Below the pieces are notes generated by a model. That model was not told where the DNA came from. It worked only from the letters and a program-made list of their open reading frames with translations, and made no database searches. A stretch of DNA of 64,000 nucleotides from Gammaproteobacteria bacterium (GTDB lineage Bacteria > Pseudomonadota > Gammaproteobacteria > SZUA-140): NCBI GenBank assembly GCA_016124415.1, contig WGNS01000045.1, forward strand, positions 2,013 to 66,012. The letters run 5' to 3'. Below are positions 57,354-64,000 of this stretch, one piece after another. A program made the translations under genes and the position numbers. The stretch's first letter is position 1. Each line of letters begins with the position of its first letter.

Positions 57354-58718
57354 ATGACCAGATCTGCCGAATCGGTTCGCGTACCGCCGCACTCCATCGA
57401 GGCGGAGCAGTCGCTCCTGGGCGGTTTGTTGCTCGACGGCAGGGCCTGGGACGAGGTCGCCGACGTCGTCATAGAGGAGGATTTTTACCGGAACGATCAT
57501 CGCCTGATCTTTTCGGCTATCCGCAATCTCAGTAGCGAAGGCACGCCGGTCGACGCCGTGACCGTCGGCGAGTATCTTTCCCGTCACGCCAAGCTCGACG
57601 AGATCGGCGGCATGGCCTATCTCGGCGACCTCGTCAGCAGTACCTCCGGCGCCTCCAACATCAAGTCCTATGCACAGATTATCCGTGAGCGCTCGATCCT
57701 GAGGCAGCTCGTTCGGATTGGCACCGATATCGGCAACTTCGCCTTCAACACCGAAGGGCGCACCAGCGCCGAGATCCTCGATATCGCCGAACAAAAGGTC
57801 TTCGACATCGCCGAGCAGGGCGCCCGCGGTAATAAGGGTTATCGACGTGTTAGGGATTTGCTCGGTGATGTGGCCGAGCGCATTGATAGGCTTTATCACA
57901 GTGATTCCAGTTCCGGTCTGCCTACAGGGTTTACCGATTTAGATCTCAAGACCTCAGGGCTACAACCTTCCGATCTCGTGATTATCGCGGGGCGTCCGTC
58001 GATGGGTAAGACCAGTTTCGTCATGAACCTGGTCGAGCACGCCGCCATCAAGAGCCGACAGGCGGTCGCCGTGTTCAGTCTCGAAATGTCAGCTGAGCAG
58101 CTTATCCTGCGTATGTTGTCGTCACTTGGTCGTATAGACCAGCATAGGGTTCGAACTGGGAAACTCAACGATGAGGATTGGCCTCGACTGACCTCAGCTA
58201 TGAGCTTGCTCGAGGACTCGCCGATCTATATCGACGACACCCCGGCCCTGAGCCCCAGCGAATTGCGCGCCAGGGCGCGCCGCATCAAGCGCGAGCACGG
58301 CGATCTGGGCCTGATCGTCATCGACTATCTGCAGCTCATGCAAAACCCGGGCAGCGAGAACCGTACCAACGAGATTTCAGAGATTTCGCGCTCGCTGAAG
58401 GCGCTGGCCAAGGAACTGCATGTTCCTGTGCTCGCGTTGTCCCAGCTCAACCGCGGCCTAGAGCAGCGGACCAACAAGCGTCCCATCATGTCCGATCTGC
58501 GCGAATCCGGCGCCATCGAGCAGGATGCCGACCTGATCGCGTTCATCTATCGCGACGAGGTCTACAACGAAGACAGTCCCGACAAAGGCATCGCCGAAAT
58601 CATCATCGGCAAGCAGCGTAACGGTCCTATCGGTACCGTGCGCCTGACCTTCCTCGGCCAGTTCACACGCTTCGAGAATTACGTGGGCGACAGTTACGAC
58701 AGCGAGGCCTATGCGTGA
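57354..58718 (+). CDS. dnaB: Replicative DNA helicase DnaB
   Basis: PPHSIEAEQSLLGGLL, GRPSMGKTSF (Walker A), IVIDYLQLM and SQLNRGLEQR. I preferred ATG 57354 over the TTG at 57333. Confidence 0.93.
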   Translation: MTRSAESVRVPPHSIEAEQSLLGGLLLDGRAWDEVADVVIEEDFYRNDHRLIFSAIRNLSSEGTPVDAVTVGEYLSRHAKLDEIGGMAYLGDLVSSTSGASNIKSYAQIIRERSILRQLVRIGTDIGNFAFNTEGRTSAEILDIAEQKVFDIAEQGARGNKGYRRVRDLLGDVAERIDRLYHSDSSSGLPTGFTDLDLKTSGLQPSDLVIIAGRPSMGKTSFVMNLVEHAAIKSRQAVAVFSLEMSAEQLILRMLSSLGRIDQHRVRTGKLNDEDWPRLTSAMSLLEDSPIYIDDTPALSPSELRARARRIKREHGDLGLIVIDYLQLMQNPGSENRTNEISEISRSLKALAKELHVPVLALSQLNRGLEQRTNKRPIMSDLRESGAIEQDADLIAFIYRDEVYNEDSPDKGIAEIIIGKQRNGPIGTVRLTFLGQFTRFENYVGDSYDSEAYA

Positions 58719-59794
58719 GCCGGCCGCTACGGGCCGAAATCGATCTTGAGGCCCTGAGGGCGAACCTGCACCGCGTGCAAGCGGTGGCACCGGGTTCCAG
58801 GATCATGGCCGTCATCAAGGCCAATGCCTACGGCCACGGCTTCGTTCCGGTCGCGCGCGCACTGGCCGACGCCGACGGACTGGCCGTCGCCTGTCTCGAC
58901 GAGGCGCTCGAACTCCGGGACGCCGGCATCGACACCCCCATCCTCCTGCTTGAAGGCTGCCTGGATCCGGCCGAGCTCATGGAGGCCGCACGCCAGGATC
59001 TTGCCGTCGTCGTGCATTGCGAAGACCAGCTTCGCATGCTCGAGAAGACCCGCCTCGTACGCCCCGTGACGGTCTGGCTCAAGATCAATACCGGCATGAA
59101 CCGGCTCGGCATCGATCCGGCCGAGGCGCGCGTTTTTCACGCCCGTCTCGCCGCTTTGGGCGCCGGCAGGGCCACGGTGCTCATGACCCATCTGGCGGCC
59201 GCGGACGAGCGGGACGTTTCCATGACCGAGCAACAGGTGCGGTGTTTCGATGAGGCGATCGCAGGCCTCGCCGGACCGCAGAGCATCGCCAATTCCGCAG
59301 CCATTTTGGGGCATCCCGGCACGCACAGGGATTGGGTAAGGCCCGGCATCATGCTCTACGGCGCTTCGCCCTTCTCCGACACCATCGGTGCGGAGGAGGG
59401 GCTGCTCCCGGTCATGACCCTGCGGTCGGAGCTGATCGCGGTCCGCGAATGCCGCGCCGGGGATACCATCGGTTACGGAGGCGATTGGCGCTGTTCGGAG
59501 GACATGCCGGTCGGCGTCGTCGCGATCGGCTACGGCGACGGCTATCCACGCCACGCCCGACCCGGTACGCCCGTCCTGGTCGGCGGCCGGCGCGTGCCGC
59601 TGGTCGGCAGGGTATCGATGGATATGATCGCGGTGGATCTGCGCGGCGTGCCCGACGCCGCGGTAGGCGACCAGGCGGTGCTTTGGGGGCGCGATCTGCC
59701 CGTCGAGGCCATTGCCGAAGGCGCCGGTACGATCAGCTACGAGTTGTTTTGCCGCCTGACCCGCCGCGTCCCCATGAGTTACCGAAACGCATGA
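58715..59794 (+). CDS. alr: Alanine racemase
   Basis: AVIKANAYGHG (PLP-binding Lys motif), 359 aa. The GTG start overlaps the dnaB stop. Confidence 0.9.
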   Translation: MSRPLRAEIDLEALRANLHRVQAVAPGSRIMAVIKANAYGHGFVPVARALADADGLAVACLDEALELRDAGIDTPILLLEGCLDPAELMEAARQDLAVVVHCEDQLRMLEKTRLVRPVTVWLKINTGMNRLGIDPAEARVFHARLAALGAGRATVLMTHLAAADERDVSMTEQQVRCFDEAIAGLAGPQSIANSAAILGHPGTHRDWVRPGIMLYGASPFSDTIGAEEGLLPVMTLRSELIAVRECRAGDTIGYGGDWRCSEDMPVGVVAIGYGDGYPRHARPGTPVLVGGRRVPLVGRVSMDMIAVDLRGVPDAAVGDQAVLWGRDLPVEAIAEGAGTISYELFCRLTRRVPMSYRNA

Positions 59795-61164
59795 GCGGCG
59801 AGCGCAAGGGCAGGAAGGACAAGACCGTCTATCGTTGCCGCGAGTGCGGCGCGATCAGTCCCAAATGGGCCGGGCAATGCGGCGACTGCGGGGCCTGGAA
59901 CGCGCTCGAGGAAGAGCGTCCGGTCGCCGAGGCGCCCAGCCGCTTTCGCTCGACCGGTTTCGCGGGCACGAGCGAAATATGCGAACTTGCGAGCGTCGAA
60001 CTCGCCGACGAGATCCGCACGGCAACGGGTTTTTCGGAGCTCGATCGCGTCCTCGGCGGCGGCCTGGTCCAGGGTTCGGTCATCCTGATCGGCGGCGATC
60101 CCGGCATCGGCAAATCGACCCTGCTGCTGCAAACCCTTGCGACCCTGCAGGCGCAACAGACCGGGCTCTATATCACGGGCGAGGAATCCCCGCAGCAGAT
60201 CAGCCTGCGCGCGAGCCGCCTCGGCATCAAGGCCCCCGAGCTGCGCCTGCTTGCCGAGACTCAGGTCGAGCGCATCCTCGAGGCCGCGGCGCGCGAACGT
60301 CCGGCCATCATGGTCATCGATTCCATCCAAACGCTCTATACCGGCGAGCTGCAATCGGCGCCCGGTTCGGTCAGTCAGGTCCGCGAGAGCGCGGCCCAGC
60401 TCGTCCACTTCGCCAAACGTACGGGAACCTCGCTGTTCCTGGTCGGGCACGTCACGAAAGAGGGGGCGCTGGCCGGACCGCGCGTCCTCGAGCACATGGT
60501 CGATACGGTGCTTTATTTCGAGGGCGACGGCGACAGCCGCTTCCGCTTGATACGGGCCGTCAAGAACCGTTTCGGCGCGGTCAACGAGATCGGCGTCTTT
60601 GCGATGACCGAGCAGGGGCTCAAGGAAGTGGCCAATCCGTCGTCGATCTTCGTCTCGCGCCACGACGAGCCCGTCGCCGGCAGCGTCGTCATGGTCACGC
60701 GCGAGGGCAGTCGTCCGCTGCTCGTCGAGGTCCAGGCGCTGGTCTCCGAGAGCCATGCCTCAAACCCGCGCCGGGTCGCCGTCGGGCTGGACCAGAACCG
60801 CCTGGCCATGCTGTTGGCCGTCATGCAGCGTCATTGCGGTGTCGCGATGTACGACCAGGACGTCTTCATCAACGTCGTGGGCGGGGTTCGGATCAGCGAG
60901 ACCGCGGCGGATCTGGCCCTGATCCTCGCCATCCTGTCGAGTCTGCGCGACCGGCCGCTGCCGAGCGATCTCGTCGTCTTCGGCGAAATCGGCCTGGCAG
61001 GCGAGCTGCGTCCCGTGCAGAACGGGCAGGAACGCCTGCGCGAGGCGGCCCATCACGGCTTCAAACGCGCCATCATCCCCAAGGCCAACCTGCATCGCCA
61101 GTCGGCAGGCGTGTTGCAGGTCGATGCGGTCAAGGATATCCGCGCCGCCGTGGATCTGATCTGA
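59791..61164 (+). CDS. radA: DNA repair protein RadA/Sms
   Basis: Zinc ribbon YRCRECGAISPKWAGQCGDCGAWN, Walker A GGDPGIGKSTLLLQ, KNRFG, and a Lon-like C-terminus. The ATG overlaps the alr stop. The track ORF (59332) over-extends. Confidence 0.93.
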   Translation: MSGERKGRKDKTVYRCRECGAISPKWAGQCGDCGAWNALEEERPVAEAPSRFRSTGFAGTSEICELASVELADEIRTATGFSELDRVLGGGLVQGSVILIGGDPGIGKSTLLLQTLATLQAQQTGLYITGEESPQQISLRASRLGIKAPELRLLAETQVERILEAAARERPAIMVIDSIQTLYTGELQSAPGSVSQVRESAAQLVHFAKRTGTSLFLVGHVTKEGALAGPRVLEHMVDTVLYFEGDGDSRFRLIRAVKNRFGAVNEIGVFAMTEQGLKEVANPSSIFVSRHDEPVAGSVVMVTREGSRPLLVEVQALVSESHASNPRRVAVGLDQNRLAMLLAVMQRHCGVAMYDQDVFINVVGGVRISETAADLALILAILSSLRDRPLPSDLVVFGEIGLAGELRPVQNGQERLREAAHHGFKRAIIPKANLHRQSAGVLQVDAVKDIRAAVDLI

Positions 61165-61182
61165 ACCACCGGACCTGAACGG

Positions 61183-62451
61183 TCACACCCAGAACATCCA
61201 TCCCAGACTGATTAGCGCCGCCGGCAGCAGTCCGCCGATGAGCCGGATCCGAATGCCCCGGGAAGCGAATGTCACGCCCATGGCCAATTTGACCAGGGTG
61301 TTGACCGCGCAGGCCGCGAGTACGGCTTGCGCCCCGTTCGCGGCGTCGAGGCCGTGCTTGACCATGCTCGACGCCGACAGCGTAATGGCGTCGACATCGG
61401 AAAGACCGGACAGCGAGGCGAGCGCCATGAGTCCGGCGCTGCCGTATTCCGTCTGCACGAGGTGGGACAGCAGCACGATCAGGCCGTAAAACGCCCCGAA
61501 GCCGAGGGCGATCTTAAGCGACATCGGGTTGCCCGGCGGGGCATAGCCGTCGTGACGGCCGTTCTCGGATTGCCGCCATAGATACATGCTGAAGACGGCG
61601 ACATAGATCGTCGTGATCGCGATCGGCGCGATCAGCAACGCCGTCAGGCCCGGCGCGATCACGAGCGTCAGGAACAGCACCCTCGGAAACATGATCCCGC
61701 AGGCCGCCGTGATGGCGAGCGCCGCCGAGTTCTCCAGTTCCGGATTGTCGTGACTCAACCGCGACATCGACAAGGTCACGGCCGTGCTCGAGACCAATCC
61801 CCCGAGCATGCCCGTGATGCCGAGTCCCTTATTTCCGCCGACGAGTTTGATGCCGGCGTAGCCGGCGAAGCCGATGCCCGAGATCAGCACCACCATGAGC
61901 CAGATTTCATAAGGGTTCAGCGAATCATAGGGGCCGAAGGTTCGATTGGGCAGGACCGGCAGGATGACGATCGAGATGATCAGGAACTGCACCGCTTGCT
62001 GGATATCGGTCGGCGACAGGGAATGGGAAAAATGATGCAACAGCTTCTTGAAGTAGAGCAGCGTGACGATGATGACCGCCGACACCGTCGCGGGCATGAT
62101 GTGACCGAGACCGGTCAGGGCGCCGAGCACGAAGGTCATGACGAGCACGATCTCGGAGGTGATGCCGGTATCCGAGTGCCGCGCGCGCGTCGTCCGCCAA
62201 TAGGAGGCCAGGGCGATTCCCGCCGTGAAGAGCAGGCCCAAAGCCACGGCCCAGGGCATGATCGGCGCGGGCAGCCAGGTGGCCATGAGGCCGCTCAGGG
62301 AGACCAGAGAAAAGGTTCGGATACCGGCCGCGTCGATGTGTCCGGATCGGCCCTTGTCTTGCCGTTGTCCCCACTCGCGTTCCGTGCCGATCAAAAGGCC
62401 GATGCCCGTGGCGGCGAGCAGCGACCAGAGCTGATTCGTGAGCAAATCCAT
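61183..62451 (-). CDS. MgtC/SapB-family membrane protein with DUF4010-like C-terminal half
   Basis: LLAATGIGLLIGTEREW...AAGIRTFSLVSL (MgtC N-terminal motif) and about 10 transmembrane segments. 422 aa. Confidence 0.7.
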   Translation of the reverse strand: MDLLTNQLWSLLAATGIGLLIGTEREWGQRQDKGRSGHIDAAGIRTFSLVSLSGLMATWLPAPIMPWAVALGLLFTAGIALASYWRTTRARHSDTGITSEIVLVMTFVLGALTGLGHIMPATVSAVIIVTLLYFKKLLHHFSHSLSPTDIQQAVQFLIISIVILPVLPNRTFGPYDSLNPYEIWLMVVLISGIGFAGYAGIKLVGGNKGLGITGMLGGLVSSTAVTLSMSRLSHDNPELENSAALAITAACGIMFPRVLFLTLVIAPGLTALLIAPIAITTIYVAVFSMYLWRQSENGRHDGYAPPGNPMSLKIALGFGAFYGLIVLLSHLVQTEYGSAGLMALASLSGLSDVDAITLSASSMVKHGLDAANGAQAVLAACAVNTLVKLAMGVTFASRGIRIRLIGGLLPAALISLGWMFWV

Positions 62452-62571
62452 GCGTTCAGTCTAGCGCGATGCCCTTTCGTTTGCTGGTTTTTATCGGGGC
62501 TTTGGACTAAGCTGGAGACATCCGGACGCAATGGAATGAGACCGGGCGAATCATCCCAGACACGGGGGCCG

Positions 62572-64000
62572 ATGATGGCGAAACGCTATATTCGCTGGTT
62601 CAAGGATCTGTCAATCGATGATACGGCGCTGGTCGGCGGCAAGAACGCCAGCCTCGGCGAGATGTACCGGGAGTTGAGCGCGGCCGGCGTTCGAGTGCCG
62701 AACGGCTTCGCCGTCACGGCTCAAGCCTACCGGGACGTCCTCGAGGCCAACGGCGCCTGGGCGCGCCTGCGCGAGACGCTCGCGGATCTCGACCCCGACG
62801 ATATCCAATCGCTTCAGGTCAAGGGCCGGCAGGCCCGGGAAATCGTGTCGTCGTGCGAATTGCCGGAGCCGATCGTCGAGGGCATCAAGACGGCCTACGC
62901 CGAACTTCGGCGCGAGTACGGCGACGATATCCGCCTCGCCGTGCGTTCGTCGGCGACGGCCGAGGATTCTCCGGACGCCTCGTTCGCAGGCCAAAACGAT
63001 TCCTTCCTGAACGTCCAGGGCGTGGACGGCATGTTGGACGCTTACCGGCGTTGCCTGGCCTCGAACTTTTCCGACCGTTCCCTGCACTACAAGCACGACA
63101 ACCGTTTCGACCCGTTCAAGGTCGATATCTGCGTCGTCATCATGAAGATGGTGCGCAGCGATCTCGCCACGAGCGGCGTCATGTTTTCGCTCGACACCGA
63201 AACCGGTTTCCGCGACACCGTGTTCATCAACGCCTGTTACGGGCTCGGTGAGAACATCGTCCAGGGTACGATCGATCCCGACAGCTTCCACGTTCACAAG
63301 CCCACCTACCAGCGCGGCAGGCGGGGCGTGCTCAAACGCCGTCTCGGCAGCAAGGAAAAACGCATGATCCTGACCGAGGCCATGGGTGGTGAAAACCTGG
63401 TCATGGAGCGCACGGTCAACGTCGAAACGAGCCCGGAAGACCAGGCCCGGTTCTGCCTGGAGGACGACGAGGTGCTCCAGCTCGCCGACTATGCCATCAA
63501 GATCGAACATCATTTCACGGTGCGCGCGGGCAAGCCGCGTCCGATGGACATGGAATGGGCCAAGGACGGGGGAGACGGCAAGCTCTATATCGTGCAGGCC
63601 AGGCCCGAGACCGTGGAGTCCCGTCACGACCAGCGCATTCTCGAAACCTATGTCCTAAAGGAACGTTCCAAGGTGCTGGTCAGCGGACAGGCGGTCGGCG
63701 GGCGGATCGGCAGCGGCGCGGCGCACTATATCCGCGATACCGGACAGCTCGGCGACTTCAAGGCCGGCGAGGTGCTCGTCGCCGACGTGACCTCGCCGGA
63801 TTGGGAGCCCATCATGAAGGTTGCCTCCGCCATCATCACCAATCGCGGCGGGCGGACCTGTCACGCCGCGATCGTGGCGCGAGAGCTCGGCATCCCGGCG
63901 ATCGTCGGCGCCCGGAACGCGACCGAGCGCCTGCCCGGCGGCCGGATCGTGACCGTCAGCTGCGCCGAGGGCGAGACGGGTGCGGTCTACGACGGCGAGC
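62572..64000 (+). CDS. ppsA: Phosphoenolpyruvate synthase (N-terminal ~476 codons; runs off window end)
   Basis: Hand translation gives MMAKRYIRWFKDLSIDDTALVGGKNASLGEMY...RSSATAEDSPDASFAGQNDSFLNV...TNRGGRTCHAAIVARELGIPAIVG (phospho-His motif). It is absent from the ORF track because there is no in-window stop. Confidence 0.9.
   Translation, partial: MMAKRYIRWFKDLSIDDTALVGGKNASLGEMYRELSAAGVRVPNGFAVTAQAYRDVLEANGAWARLRETLADLDPDDIQSLQVKGRQAREIVSSCELPEPIVEGIKTAYAELRREYGDDIRLAVRSSATAEDSPDASFAGQNDSFLNVQGVDGMLDAYRRCLASNFSDRSLHYKHDNRFDPFKVDICVVIMKMVRSDLATSGVMFSLDTETGFRDTVFINACYGLGENIVQGTIDPDSFHVHKPTYQRGRRGVLKRRLGSKEKRMILTEAMGGENLVMERTVNVETSPEDQARFCLEDDEVLQLADYAIKIEHHFTVRAGKPRPMDMEWAKDGGDGKLYIVQARPETVESRHDQRILETYVLKERSKVLVSGQAVGGRIGSGAAHYIRDTGQLGDFKAGEVLVADVTSPDWEPIMKVASAIITNRGGRTCHAAIVARELGIPAIVGARNATERLPGGRIVTVSCAEGETGAVYDGE

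Overview
This is a high-GC, densely coding chromosomal core region of gamma-proteobacterial type. I can support about 60 protein genes and one tRNA. I see no rRNA, CRISPR array, integrase, prophage or recognisable defence island.

Gene order:
- partial FAD oxidoreductase (-), tRNA-Val(CAC) (-), gltX, glnS, AmgK-like kinase (-)
- rimP-nusA-infB-rbfA-truB, then rppH
- TPR/beta-barrel outer-membrane protein (-), HPP membrane protein, SDR, PhoX-like secreted propeller, mutM
- GT-C-like membrane protein (-), uup, a 5-gene type IV minor-pilin operon, dedA (-), exported msrB-msrA (-)
- lolC/E-lolD, ridA, recG, ubiC-ubiA
- yrbG-kdsD-kdsC-lptC-lptA-lptB-rpoN-ptsN-hprK-rapZ-EIIA(Man)-HPr-EI
- mgtE, yicC-gmk (-), a ~1184-codon PilZ-DUF1631-GGDEF-EAL gene broken by a 1-nt frameshift
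- hexose-6-P mutarotase (-), Kef-type antiporter, a small Arg/Asp-repeat ORF, dsbB
- rpsF-rpsR-membrane protein-rplI-dnaB-alr-radA, MgtC-like protein (-), partial ppsA

I did not find a convincing novel multi-gene system. The observations most worth a second look are:
1. A 192-bp MITE with 22-bp inverted termini and a TA duplication, inserted exactly into what reconstructs as an overlapping stop/start junction (ATGCCTAA) of two genes. Relatives of its terminus occur at two other gene ends.
2. The unusual PilZ-DUF1631-GGDEF-EAL fusion and its frameshift.
3. A signal-peptide-bearing msrB-msrA pair.
4. An orphan TPR/beta-barrel (Slam/YaiO-like) gene.
5. A strongly promoted 100-codon (D/E)RR-repeat ORF upstream of dsbB.
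6. An 11-bp-phased Pho-box-like array in front of a PhoX-like gene.

All homology calls rest on motif recognition by eye. No database search was run. Two edge-truncated genes (1..1119 minus, 62572..64000 plus) are missing from the supplied ORF track, and I translated them by hand.
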